Positions 19,535 through 28,617 of a DNA stretch of 32,000 bases are shown piece by piece; the first letter of the stretch is position 1, and each line of letters starts with the position of its first letter. A program made the translations under genes and the position numbers. The stretch is from the NCBI RefSeq assembly GCF_037902255.1, contig NZ_CP147990.1, positions 2,580,001-2,612,000 on the forward strand, given 5' to 3'. The DNA is from Candidatus Electrothrix sp. GW3-4 (GTDB taxonomy: Bacteria > Desulfobacterota > Desulfobulbia > Desulfobulbales > Desulfobulbaceae). The notes under the pieces are model-generated. The model did no database searches. It worked only from the letters and a program-made list of their open reading frames with translations, and was not told the origin of the DNA.

Positions 19535-19687
19535 TTCCCGAAACAACACCGTCTGTGTCCTCTTCGCACTCAAGATTTTGAGAGGAATATCCGGCATGCG
19601 CCAAGGTGAATGCCGCACTTGTCAGCTGCCCCCGGTCGGATATCGGATGCAATTTTACTCCAACCCCTTTTATTCTAATTACCCTGT

Positions 19688-21088
19688 TTACTCGTCATCC
19701 AGATCTGTGCCGTCAAACCCGGAGTAAGCAAAGGGGTAACGCTCCACCCGAAAAACCCTATTGCCATAGTCGTATTCCCACACAGTTTCACCGTTACTAT
19801 TCACCTCGAAAAAGTAGCCGTCGGGACCGTTGCAGATCAGGGTGTTACCGTTGGACTGGCGCTGCTGGCCGGAAATACGATTGGCATAGAAGTCGGTCGG
19901 CGTGGCTGCGGTATAGGTCCAGGTCGGTGCGGAGGGACCGTAGGACTCTCCGCTCGCCAAGGTGTAGTTGCCTGAGGCGTCCACAGGCGGCTCTATCTCG
20001 ACTATGGAGGAGTAGTCCCCGTCACTTCGGCCAGTGCCGTTGTTAAAGATGAGGATATTACCCTCTCCGGGGGAGCCAGCCTCAATCCACTCGGCATCGT
20101 GCTGGACAAAGAGCTGCTGATCCGTGCTGTCTCCTGCCCCGTACACTGCCGGATTGCCCCAGCGATAGAGCAGGTCGCCGCCCTTGCCGCTGTTGCCGCC
20201 GCTATGCCCGGCCGCCTCCGCCGTAGTGGTGCTATGGTCGATCACCCAGATCTCGCTCAGGTTGCGCACGCTGACCAGGATCTGGTCAAAGTCCTCGCTG
20301 TACTTGATGGCATTGATATGAGTCCAGTCCGCAGTGCCATTCTGTACGTAGTTCAAATCCACCAGTTCAGGATGATCCGCTACCGTTCCATAGTTATCCT
20401 TTGTTGCGTCATAGTCCTGGATCAGGTGATCCCACACATGCCATTCCCACACGATATTCCCCGTGGTCACACCAGTGGGCTCCACCTCTATCACGCTATC
20501 CGGCCAGAGTTTGGCTTCGGTGAGCAGGGAGGGATTCCGGCCCGCGTCAAGGGCCTCGGTTCTGGTCTTGTACTGCCAGGCGATCAGGAGAAAATTACCG
20601 CTGGGCAGCATGACAGTATCGTGGTGCTGCAAGTGCTCGCTGCTGGAATAGCTGTACTCCCAGGTGACCGTGCCGTCCCAGTCAATGGTCTCCACGATGC
20701 CTCCTGCACCGCCTCCTTCAAAGGTGGTGTTGTCCGCCTTGCCCGTATGCAGCAGTTGCCCGTTTTCCAGGAGATAGACCGCATGTCCGGGCGTATAGCT
20801 TGAGGCCCAGGTATGCACCGTGTTGCCGTCATTGTCCATGAGATAGGTGGTGGTATCGCTCAGGGGCGCAAACAGGTTATAGCCCTCCGCAACGATCTCT
20901 GTGTCCACTGTTGTATTGAGCAGCAGGGAAAACACGGCAGGCAGAAAACCGACACTTCCTGTTGTTGCCGTTGTTGCTGTTGCTGGAATGGATGATTTTA
21001 CGGTCGTTGCAGACAAGACTTGTTGGGTGCCGGCAGTGCTGCTCATGAGTACAGTGACGGCCAGAATGCTATATATGGTATAGCGCAT
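19688..21088 (-). CDS. Secreted arylsulfotransferase (ASST)-like beta-propeller protein.
   Basis: N-terminal signal-like segment (MRYTIYSILAVTVLMSSTAG) followed by a T/A-rich linker. Propeller-like repeats are present (DNDGNTVHTW, DWDGTVTWEY, TGNIVWEWHVWDH, NSNGETVWEY). ADWTHINAIKY resembles the D-x-x-H-x-N signature of ASST-family proteins. AAGGGGGG SD upstream. The family call is from memory and moderate. Confidence 0.7.
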   Translation of the reverse strand: MRYTIYSILAVTVLMSSTAGTQQVLSATTVKSSIPATATTATTGSVGFLPAVFSLLLNTTVDTEIVAEGYNLFAPLSDTTTYLMDNDGNTVHTWASSYTPGHAVYLLENGQLLHTGKADNTTFEGGGAGGIVETIDWDGTVTWEYSYSSSEHLQHHDTVMLPSGNFLLIAWQYKTRTEALDAGRNPSLLTEAKLWPDSVIEVEPTGVTTGNIVWEWHVWDHLIQDYDATKDNYGTVADHPELVDLNYVQNGTADWTHINAIKYSEDFDQILVSVRNLSEIWVIDHSTTTAEAAGHSGGNSGKGGDLLYRWGNPAVYGAGDSTDQQLFVQHDAEWIEAGSPGEGNILIFNNGTGRSDGDYSSIVEIEPPVDASGNYTLASGESYGPSAPTWTYTAATPTDFYANRISGQQRQSNGNTLICNGPDGYFFEVNSNGETVWEYDYGNRVFRVERYPFAYSGFDGTDLDDE

Positions 21089-21135
21089 GTTCCCCCCTTG
21101 AACGATGATTACTCTTATTCAAAAAATTATTTCCC

Positions 21136-22146
21136 CTACCCTCCAATCCGCGACATCCTGCCATGACAGTTCTCTCCTTGATTCTTAAGGCGCTCCTCCA
21201 TCTGATGCCCCTTGGGTTTATTACGGACCGCAGCCAGCAGGGCCTGCTGGATCTCCTGGTCGGTCCCTCCCTGGCGAAGAACAGAACGGAGATCGGTTTC
21301 CCGGTCATCAAGGAGGCAGGAGCGGAGCATGCCCTCGGAGGTAAGACGCAGCCGGTTGCAGCGGTCACAGAAGCGGTGACTGATTGGACTGATAAGGCCT
21401 ATTTTCCCCTTTGCGTCCTTCCCGACCCTGAACATGGTTGCAGGCCCGTCGGCCTTGCCCCTGGACACCGGGATCAGTTCTCCCAGCTCTCTGATGCGCC
21501 CCATAATCTCATCTGAGGACATATAGACATCTTTGTCCCAGCTTGACGAGGAACCGATAGGCATGAACTCGATAAAACGAATCTGCATTGCTGTCTCTCG
21601 CGACATCCTGACAAACCCTTCCAGTTCATCATCATTAATCCCCCGCATAACCACCGTATTCAGCTTGATAGGAGCAAAACCAACGGCCTGGGCCCGTTCA
21701 ATCCCCCTCCATACCTGGGCAAAACAATCCACCCCGGTGATACGGAAGAAACGTTCTGGCCTGAGCGTATCCAGGCTGATATTAATCTTTCTGATACCTG
21801 CATCAGCCAAGGGCTCTGCAAATTTTTCCAGCAGGACACCATTCGTTGTTATTCGTATATCGTTGAGGTTGTCAATTTTTGCCAATTGGTCTATAAAACG
21901 CATGACATCTTTGCGGACAAGTGGTTCCCCACCGGTGAGGCGTAGTTTGGAGATTCCCATTGCAACAGCCACCCGGACAACCCGCAGCAGTTCTTCATAG
22001 CTGAGCAGATCTTGATGATCAAGACGGGGAGAACACCTGGAACGATCCTCTTCTGCTACACAGTAAAGGCATTTCAGGTTACAGCGATCTGTGAGTGACA
22101 AACGCAAATACGAAACAGTTCGGGAGAACAAATCCTTTAATTCCAT
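21136..22146 (-). CDS. moaA: GTP 3',8-cyclase MoaA (radical SAM, molybdenum cofactor biosynthesis).
   Basis: YLRLSLTDRCNLKCLYC carries the CxxxCxxC motif. RLTGGEPLVRKD follows. The C-terminal cluster is CDRCNRLRLTSEGMLRSCL, and the protein ends in Gly-Gly (RIGG*). The start is set at MELKDLF (22146) by comparison with typical MoaA N-termini. The track ORF extends to 22263, and neither start has a good SD. Confidence 0.9.
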   Translation of the reverse strand: MELKDLFSRTVSYLRLSLTDRCNLKCLYCVAEEDRSRCSPRLDHQDLLSYEELLRVVRVAVAMGISKLRLTGGEPLVRKDVMRFIDQLAKIDNLNDIRITTNGVLLEKFAEPLADAGIRKINISLDTLRPERFFRITGVDCFAQVWRGIERAQAVGFAPIKLNTVVMRGINDDELEGFVRMSRETAMQIRFIEFMPIGSSSSWDKDVYMSSDEIMGRIRELGELIPVSRGKADGPATMFRVGKDAKGKIGLISPISHRFCDRCNRLRLTSEGMLRSCLLDDRETDLRSVLRQGGTDQEIQQALLAAVRNKPKGHQMEERLKNQGENCHGRMSRIGG

Positions 22147-22371
22147 GCTGTCCGATGAACCAATGCTGTATAAACTGTTTTTTCTTGCAGGCATGTTGTT
22201 TAATATTGACCTTATTGGAATTTGACGTATAAACCAGCTTGACATTCTTGCACTGTACACCATTACCCGTCAGACAGGAAAGGGCAATACGCCTCTCGTT
22301 AACGGGAGATGCGGTTTCAGTTGTCCCTTACCTTGATAACTTCTCGTGTTCTTTTAAAGATACTCATTCCT

Positions 22372-23382
22372 ATGTTCATACTTGCCATAGAAACTTCCTG
22401 CGATGATACTGCAGCAGCTGTTCTGGAGGCTGATCGCCGAGTGTTGGCCAGTGTGGTCAGCAGCCAATTCGAGGTGCATGCCCAGTTCGGCGGAATTGTC
22501 CCGGAATTGGCTTCTCGTTGTCATATCGAAGCCATCTGGCCGGTGGTGAACCAGGCCCTGACTGACGCCGGTGTGTCTCTTCAGGATATTGAGCTGATTA
22601 CCGCCACCCGAGGACCGGGGCTGGTTGGCTCCCTCCTGGTCGGATTTACCTTTGCCAAGGCAGTGGCTCTGGTCCGGCAGATTCCCTGTACCGGGGTAGA
22701 TCATCTGGCCGGACATCTGCTGGCTATTCTGTTAGAAAAAGAAGAACAACGCCCGACCTTTCCCTACACGGCCCTTGTGGTCTCTGGCGGCAATACCTCA
22801 CTCTTTGCCGTGGACAGTACAACCGAATTTCGCCTGCTCGGGCGAACCCGTGATGATGCGGCGGGCGAGGCCTTTGACAAGGTGGCAAAATTACTCGACC
22901 TCGGTTATCCCGGTGGCCCAACGGTCAGCAGGTTGGCCAAACAGGGCGATGCCGACGCGATTTCTTTCCCCCGGGCCTGGCTGGCCAAAGACAGTCTAGA
23001 TTTCAGCTTTAGCGGCCTCAAGACCTCGGTGGCGAATTATGTCAACCAATGCCGACAAAAAGACAGGCCTGTGCCAACAGAAGACATTTGCGCTTCTTTT
23101 GAACAGGCTGTGGTAGATGTGCTGGTAGAAAAAACCCTTTGTGCTGCTGAGCAAGCTGGTCATCAACAGGTGGTCATCGGTGGTGGCGTTGCTGCCAATA
23201 ACAAACTCCGGCAACAGCTGAAGGCCCGTTGTGCTGAGGCAGGATTCCGCTGTTTCACCCCATCTCCTGAGTATTGTACTGATAATGCAGCCATGATCGG
23301 CCTGGCCGGTTACTTTCAGTTTATTGCTGGCTCCACGGTCGGCCCGGATACTGATGCCTTTTCCCGTTCCCCGCTGAACTAA
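22372..23382 (+). CDS. tsaD: tRNA N6-adenosine threonylcarbamoyltransferase TsaD.
   Basis: MFILAIETSCDDTAAAV, GVDHLAGHL (metal-binding His pair), VSGGNTSL and GGGVAANNKLRQ are present. The start is at the ATG 22372 rather than the track start 22309. Confidence 0.93.
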   Translation: MFILAIETSCDDTAAAVLEADRRVLASVVSSQFEVHAQFGGIVPELASRCHIEAIWPVVNQALTDAGVSLQDIELITATRGPGLVGSLLVGFTFAKAVALVRQIPCTGVDHLAGHLLAILLEKEEQRPTFPYTALVVSGGNTSLFAVDSTTEFRLLGRTRDDAAGEAFDKVAKLLDLGYPGGPTVSRLAKQGDADAISFPRAWLAKDSLDFSFSGLKTSVANYVNQCRQKDRPVPTEDICASFEQAVVDVLVEKTLCAAEQAGHQQVVIGGGVAANNKLRQQLKARCAEAGFRCFTPSPEYCTDNAAMIGLAGYFQFIAGSTVGPDTDAFSRSPLN

Positions 23383-23384
23383 TC

Positions 23385-23897
23385 ATGCTACGAAGCATCT
23401 TTCGCCTGCCCAGATATTATTTTCTGCAGATACAACGCCTCAAAGGCGATCCGGTCTATCTGGCCAAGGGCTTCGCCTTTGGGGTCTTCATGGGCGTTTT
23501 GCCCCTGGTACCCATTCAGACGATCCTGATCATTCCTCTCAGTATGACTCTGCGGGTCAGCACCCTTGCTGCCGTGATTGCAGGCGCGATGATCAGCAAC
23601 CCGCTGACCTTTATGCCGCAATACTATATCACCTGGAAACTGGGCAATGCGGTTCTGCCAGGGAGGATTTCCTGGGACCATCTGAAGGAGGTGCTCTTGG
23701 CGATACAGCAGAATGGACTCCTCAACGGCATTGCCTCCTTTAGCCATCTCGGGCTCAAGACCATTACAGTGCTGCTCACCGGTGGGGCCTTGATCGGTAT
23801 TCCAGCGGGTATTATCAGCTATTTTTTTGCCCTGAAATTCTTTCGCACGCTTCGGGTTCACCGCCTGCGGAAACAGAAACTCAATAATAAACAATAA
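23385..23897 (+). CDS. DUF2062-family integral membrane protein.
   Basis: The 170-aa product has KGDPVYLAKGFAFGVFMGVLPLVPIQTILIIPLSMTLRVS...NPLTF and about 4 hydrophobic helices. It starts 3 nt after the tsaD stop. The equally long antisense ORF 23388..23900 is rejected. Confidence 0.7.
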   Translation: MLRSIFRLPRYYFLQIQRLKGDPVYLAKGFAFGVFMGVLPLVPIQTILIIPLSMTLRVSTLAAVIAGAMISNPLTFMPQYYITWKLGNAVLPGRISWDHLKEVLLAIQQNGLLNGIASFSHLGLKTITVLLTGGALIGIPAGIISYFFALKFFRTLRVHRLRKQKLNNKQ

Positions 23898-23937
23898 CAC
23901 CCATTCCGCCCCATCAATCCGGAAAAATAAAAAAATT

Positions 23938-24798
23938 ATGGTGTATCAGAAAAGCAAAACCCTGCTAAAGAAACAAGGGCTAGCAGCGTCAAAGAAGCTA
24001 GGGCAAAACTTCCTTGTCCACCAGCACACAGCAGAACGCATTGTTGATTTTGCCCACGTCAACAAAGAGGACACCGTGCTGGAAGTTGGGGTCGGCCTGG
24101 GGGCCCTCACCCGACCCTTGGCCGAAGCTGCCGGGCAGGTCCTGGGACTGGAAGCAGATTCCGGAATTATCCGTCTGCATGAGGAGCAGCAGGACCTTCC
24201 TGATAATGTCCGTCTGATTCATCAGGATGTCCTCAAAGCGGATTGCAATGAGTTGGTACGTCTCTCCAGGGGCAACCGGCTAAAAATCATTGCCAATCTC
24301 CCCTATTCTATTTCCTCCCCCTTTCTCTTTCAGCTAATTGAGCAGCACGAACAAATAGATTTTGCCGTGATTATGCTCCAAAAGGAGGTAGCCCTGCGCC
24401 TGCTTGCTCAGCCAGGGACCAAGGAGTATGGGGTACCAACGGTCATGCTGGGGACGGTTGCCACGGTAAAGATGCTTATGCAGGTGGGACCGGAAGAGTT
24501 TCATCCCCGGCCCAAGGTGGATTCTGCGGTGATCCGGCTCTCATTTCACCCTTTGCCAGAGAGGGCCGCAGCCCTAAGCGCCTTTGACCGTAAACTGCTC
24601 AAAACCATTGTCAGCAGCACCTTTGGCCAGCGGCGGAAGACCCTGCTTAACGGGCTTTCCTCCGCTGGATTACTCGGTAAAGATGTGTTAAGGGAATGTA
24701 TTGCAGAAGCCGAACTCCTCCCCACAGTCCGCGCAGAACAACTGGCCCTGGAAGAATTTGTCCGGCTTACTCAGGTGATCAAAAAACGGCAGGTGTAA
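23938..24798 (+). CDS. rsmA: 16S rRNA (adenine1518/1519-N6)-dimethyltransferase RsmA/KsgA.
   Basis: KKLGQNFLVHQHTAERIV, the SAM motif VLEVGVGLGALT, IIANLPYSISSP and FHPRPKVDSAVIRL are present. Confidence 0.93.
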   Translation: MVYQKSKTLLKKQGLAASKKLGQNFLVHQHTAERIVDFAHVNKEDTVLEVGVGLGALTRPLAEAAGQVLGLEADSGIIRLHEEQQDLPDNVRLIHQDVLKADCNELVRLSRGNRLKIIANLPYSISSPFLFQLIEQHEQIDFAVIMLQKEVALRLLAQPGTKEYGVPTVMLGTVATVKMLMQVGPEEFHPRPKVDSAVIRLSFHPLPERAAALSAFDRKLLKTIVSSTFGQRRKTLLNGLSSAGLLGKDVLRECIAEAELLPTVRAEQLALEEFVRLTQVIKKRQV

Positions 24799-24812
24799 GC
24801 AAAGCCTGCTTT

Positions 24813-25235
24813 TTACCGACGCCTGATCCCTCTATGGTCACGTACAACCCTACACGGTCCGCGATGCCTGAGAGTAACCCCAGCCCGCGCAGCCTGACAA
24901 CGATTTCCATAGGTCTTACCGTTGCAGCCGCAAACAGGTTTATAAACACGGGGACAGTTCATCGGTCTTGCTGTGCAGGTTCCCTGCGCATCCGGCATAT
25001 TGCACCTGCCAATCCCGAAATCACAATATTCCCCTGAGGGACAGGTCCAGCCTGCCACTGTCCCGCAAACGCCCGGCGGGGGCACTGGAGGGGGCACCAC
25101 CGGCGGCGGTGGAGTTGTCCCAGGATAAGAACCAGAGGGAGAGTCAGTATGAGGTTGCGGTGGTGGGCCAGCATAGTAACAGCCGCTTAACAGCAACAGG
25201 ACAGAACAACTCATGAGCCAGGTAAAGAACTTCAT
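24813..25235 (-). CDS. Kazal-type protease-inhibitor-domain lipoprotein with a proline-rich linker.
   Basis: The start is set at MKFFTWLMSCSVLLLLSGCYY (lipobox LLSGC), with GGAGG SD 5 nt upstream of the ATG at 25235. The linker is PPPPVVPPPVPPP. The C-terminal CPRVYKPVCGCNGKTYGNRCQAARAGVTLRHRGPC matches the Kazal pattern (Y.PVCG..G.TY.N.C), preceded by a Cys-rich knot. Confidence 0.75.
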   Translation of the reverse strand: MKFFTWLMSCSVLLLLSGCYYAGPPPQPHTDSPSGSYPGTTPPPPVVPPPVPPPGVCGTVAGWTCPSGEYCDFGIGRCNMPDAQGTCTARPMNCPRVYKPVCGCNGKTYGNRCQAARAGVTLRHRGPCRVVRDHRGIRRR

Positions 25236-25353
25236 CAAAACCTCCGTGCTTCTGATTTTATCAAAGGCAGGCACCCAATAATGCATACAATTTGCATAAT
25301 AACACTGCCCTGTTCATACAAGCAAGCTAACAAGGTCATTTTCTCTTTTCAAC

Positions 25354-25386
25354 AAAAAAACGTACGTGAGGAGCTCACACCTCCTC
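25354..25386 (-). terminator. Possible intrinsic terminator at the end of the metallophosphoesterase gene.
   Basis: On the minus strand the stem GAGGAG/CTCCTC (25386..25381 / 25373..25368) spans the stop codon. ACGTACG and then 7 T (25360..25354) follow. The 7-nt gap between stem and T-run is longer than canonical. Confidence 0.3.
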
Positions 25387-26037
25387 CTTTTCCACCTCCA
25401 GGATCTCCCCTGTCTCATAATCAAGCAAGAGCGGGGAACGGAGCACGCCCCCCTTCCCCTGGACATTACAGTTAATAAACCGGGTCTCACCGTACTTTAC
25501 TACACCATGTCGATTATGGATATGGCCGAAAATATGGTACTTCGGTTTCCGGGCTGCGACAATGGCTGCTAGGTCTGTACAGCCATGCGAGACCGGGCCG
25601 TTTCGATCCAGGATGCCAGACGGCGGCACATGGGTTACCAAAATATCAATGTCCGAAGGAATCATATCCCATTTTTCTTTGAGCACCGTGCCACGCGGCA
25701 AGGCAAAGGCATCGCAGGCATAATCATTAAAAAGGGGGTTCCAGGGGGCTCCATAAATCGTGATGCCCTCAATGACAACCGTTTCATCCTGAAGGTATAT
25801 TGCCTCGGAAAGCAGGGCCGTGGCCTTTTCAGGGTCATCTGTCAGCCTGTGGTCGTGATTGCCAGCAACCACGACCTTATATTTATGGGGCAGACTACGT
25901 AGAAACTTATTAAAATCTACAACCTCACGATTTGTCCTGCAACAGGTCATATCCCCGGCAAAGATGAGAATATCTGCATCCGGGACCTTGACCTGCCAAT
26001 GTGCGGTATGGGTATCACTAAAAACTGCTATCTTCAT
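25375..26037 (-). CDS. Calcineurin-like metallophosphoesterase (small, single-domain).
   Basis: The start is at MKIAVFSDTH (26037). The ordered motifs are D-x-H (SDTH), GD (FAGDM), GNHD (VVAGNHDH), H (LVTHVPP) and GH-x-H (IFGHIHNRHG). Confidence 0.85.
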   Translation of the reverse strand: MKIAVFSDTHTAHWQVKVPDADILIFAGDMTCCRTNREVVDFNKFLRSLPHKYKVVVAGNHDHRLTDDPEKATALLSEAIYLQDETVVIEGITIYGAPWNPLFNDYACDAFALPRGTVLKEKWDMIPSDIDILVTHVPPSGILDRNGPVSHGCTDLAAIVAARKPKYHIFGHIHNRHGVVKYGETRFINCNVQGKGGVLRSPLLLDYETGEILEVEKEEV

Positions 26038-26079
26038 AAAAAACAACACCGTCCCTGAAGGTCGGGGACATGGTTAAGG

Positions 26080-26718
26080 TTATCTCTTCTGGACTGAAAG
26101 GCCAGTCGAATCAGTTTCAGAGGGAGGAGCTGATTTCTTTTCCCGGAACAGGCCAAAGATAAGGATAAAAAGGCCGAGCACAGAGATAATCAGACTTCGA
26201 ACCAAGTTCACCTTGGCGTGATGACGAAGGACAAAAAAATCATCCGCCAGATTCGGAACAATAGCCTGTATCTCCTGCAAACGACCTGCCCGCATAGAGG
26301 CCTTATCCAGCATCATCCCGGAAAGTTCTCTTTCCTGAAGCAGGGTATCACGATGATGGATAACATGCTTCATCTGCTTTTCCTTGCTCATCCCATAGAG
26401 CTCTGCAGCGATGTGCAGCAGCTGCACATCGCTGGTATCAAGGAGCAGCTTGATCTTACCCTCTTGAAGAAACTCACGGGACTCAATAGGCAGATAGAGC
26501 TTCTTTATGTCCCCCTTCTTTCCTTCCGTCACAACCACGGCTTTGAGTAGATTTAAACGGGCATCGGTCAACAGGACTGCTCCGGGAGAACGATCAGATC
26601 TTACGAACTCGGCAACCGTCATTTGTTTGGGCATAGAGTGTTTCAGCACGCCGTAGGCATGATACATACCACCGATGAGCAGAAACAGGCCGCATATCAT
26701 AATGATATTTCTCCACAT
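26080..26718 (-). CDS. Hypothetical membrane protein with two terminal TM helices flanking a domain of about 150 aa.
   Basis: GAGGAA SD lies 6 nt upstream of the ATG. TM1 is IIMICGLFLLIGGMYHAYGVL and TM2 is LIISVLGLFILIFGLF. I recognise no family. The stop is 42 nt upstream of the phosphoesterase start. Confidence 0.6.
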   Translation of the reverse strand: MWRNIIMICGLFLLIGGMYHAYGVLKHSMPKQMTVAEFVRSDRSPGAVLLTDARLNLLKAVVVTEGKKGDIKKLYLPIESREFLQEGKIKLLLDTSDVQLLHIAAELYGMSKEKQMKHVIHHRDTLLQERELSGMMLDKASMRAGRLQEIQAIVPNLADDFFVLRHHAKVNLVRSLIISVLGLFILIFGLFREKKSAPPSETDSTGLSVQKR

Positions 26719-26912
26719 GACATTTCCTCACACGAGAATTTACTTAATGAGCAAAAAAAGGCCGGAGTCAAGCTGACCAACCTGTATCACCTTCTCAGGT
26801 GGCCCTGAAGATATTCTGTTCTCTTTTATGACGTCAAGCAATTCCTTACAAAATATGTATAGCAGAGCCCATCAAAACATATTTTTGCAGCAAAAAACAA
26901 ATACTCTCGTTT

Positions 26913-28271
26913 TCAGCAGCCCTCAATGGCCTGACTCTTATACTTAACTCGCTTTTGCTCTAAGGCCCGTTCACGGGCAGGTAGGGGTTCCTCAAGACCT
27001 TTCTGATAGTCCTCCATCTCCGATACCTCTTGCTGGACCCGACTGCTGCTCGCGGCAAGCCCTTCAAGTTTTTTCTTGACTCGATTCAGGATGCTGTCCG
27101 CCTGTTTTTTCTCTCCCCGATCATAGGCCTGAGCCGCCTCCTTGCGGGCAAAATTGGCCTCAAAGACAGCAGAACGCTCAACAACCTCCTTATCCATGTT
27201 CTCAGCGATTGCCTGCTGACTCTTAATATAGGCCAGACCGATGCTCCGGGACAGAGTACCAGACCCACCCCCACCCGGGGTACGGTAGGATGCCTGGACA
27301 ACGGCGGCCTTATTCACCGCACCAGGTCCGCGGCGGCTGGGCTGAAAGCGGATCTGCATACGACGCCGCTCGCCAGCAGCCAGGTCCCCGAAGCGGACCG
27401 AGATGGTATTGCCGTTGACGGCAAAGGTATTGGCAAAGACCTGCTCAATCCGCAGGTCCGGGGCCAGGGTAATGGTCACCTGGATATCTGCTACCACCAG
27501 GCGCTCAACAGAATTAAACTCCCTGGCCAGGATGGTCTTCATGCTTTCTGGACGATCAATGAAATAATACATACCTCGCCCGCTTTCAGAAAGGGCCGCC
27601 ATCAGATCCTCGTTAAAATCCAGGCCCACCCCAAAGGTACTCAAGGAGGTCCCGGCATCGGCCTCCTGCAAGACCATGCGGGAAAGCTCGGCAGAGGACG
27701 TGATGCCCACATTGGCCTTACCATCAGAGAGCAGGAGCACCCGGTTGATGGTGCGCGGACTGGCAAACTCCCGGAGTTGATGATACCCCTCAATGAGGCC
27801 AGCCCCGAGATTGGTACCGCCGTCTGCCCGCAGGGACTGGATCAGCCAGCGGGCCTCCTGCTCCATCCGCACCGGGCTTGAAGGCAGCACCACCTTAGCC
27901 TCGGTATTATAGGAGATGATGGCGAGCCGATCTTCCGGCTGGAGACGGTTGACCAGGGCAATGGCGGCCTGCTTCACCGAGACAAGTTTATTCTCGTCCC
28001 GCATAGAGCCTGAGGTATCAATGACCAGGGCAAGATTGAGCGGCAGACGCTTGCGCAGGGTATTGGTCTGCTGAGAAGCCGTCACCAGGACCTCCAGATA
28101 ATGAGGCGCTGGTTGCTCTGAATAAATCGTGTCGTTATCAAAGGCGGCCTGGAGCTGCAAGGGACCGGCCAAGGCTGTCTCGACGAACAACAGGCCCAGC
28201 AATAGAGCCAAAAGTAGCGCCAGAGAACGCGGGTTCAGGGTGTGCGGGAAAAAACGATGGGGTGTTTTCAT
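26913..28271 (-). CDS. Secreted von Willebrand factor type A (vWA) domain protein with a C-terminal coiled-coil tail.
   Basis: The start is at MKTPHRFF...LALLLALLLGLLFVETALAG (signal peptide), with AGGAGG SD upstream of 28271. The MIDAS motif D-x-S-x-S (DTSGS) lies at 28006..28020 within LNLALVIDTSGSM. ...ISYNT...DGGTNLGAGL...LLLSDGKANVG...TFGVGLDFNE follows. The C-terminal segment of about 90 aa is charged and helical. Confidence 0.85.
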   Translation of the reverse strand: MKTPHRFFPHTLNPRSLALLLALLLGLLFVETALAGPLQLQAAFDNDTIYSEQPAPHYLEVLVTASQQTNTLRKRLPLNLALVIDTSGSMRDENKLVSVKQAAIALVNRLQPEDRLAIISYNTEAKVVLPSSPVRMEQEARWLIQSLRADGGTNLGAGLIEGYHQLREFASPRTINRVLLLSDGKANVGITSSAELSRMVLQEADAGTSLSTFGVGLDFNEDLMAALSESGRGMYYFIDRPESMKTILAREFNSVERLVVADIQVTITLAPDLRIEQVFANTFAVNGNTISVRFGDLAAGERRRMQIRFQPSRRGPGAVNKAAVVQASYRTPGGGGSGTLSRSIGLAYIKSQQAIAENMDKEVVERSAVFEANFARKEAAQAYDRGEKKQADSILNRVKKKLEGLAASSSRVQQEVSEMEDYQKGLEEPLPARERALEQKRVKYKSQAIEGC

Positions 28272-28617
28272 GGATGTCCTCCTGGATGGTTGAAGGGGTG
28301 CTGATGGTATAACTGAGTTTCCTCTTAAAGAGTAGGTCAACTTCGTTACAGCGCCCCGAGTATATCATACATTGCAGATTGATTCTTCTCTATTTCCGCA
28401 GAGTGGGGTGAAAGGGAACCTGCCCTTTCTGATGACATTCTGCTTGACAAGGTCCTACCGTCGTTCTACGGTACAAGTTTCATCTTTTCCGTAATCACCC
28501 AAAGCAGTTAGTCTTAATCGGCACTATGAATCTTGCCATTGAGGGAAGAGGAAAGATAGATCGATTATTGAAGAAGAAGGTTGTCCTATAAAGGAAACTA
28601 TATTACTGGAGGATCAA

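Noticed and set aside
19535-19687. A possible bidirectional terminator between the convergent giant kinase and the ASST-like gene (CGGCAT-N12-ATGCCG at 19592..19615).
   Set aside because: The stem is only 6 bp with a 12-nt loop, and no T-run follows on either strand. That is too weak to call.
22147-22371. A possible Moco riboswitch upstream of moaA. I noticed GGAAAGG followed 7 nt later by GCCTCTC, plus a hairpin CTCTCG-TTAA-CGGGAG at about 22276..22310.
   Set aside because: These motifs read correctly only on the plus strand, towards tsaD and not moaA. The other conserved Moco element (CUCCGAGCC-like) is absent on either strand. An Infernal scan with RF01055 would settle it; a significant minus-strand hit would overturn this rejection.
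23388-23900. A 170-aa minus-strand ORF that mirrors the DUF2062 gene almost base for base, with the same length and offset by 3 nt.
   Set aside because: This is a striking coincidence. However, the plus-strand product has coherent TM helices, a family-like motif and tight coupling to tsaD, whereas the antisense product is hydrophilic and unrecognisable. Stop-free antisense frames are common in biased-codon genes.
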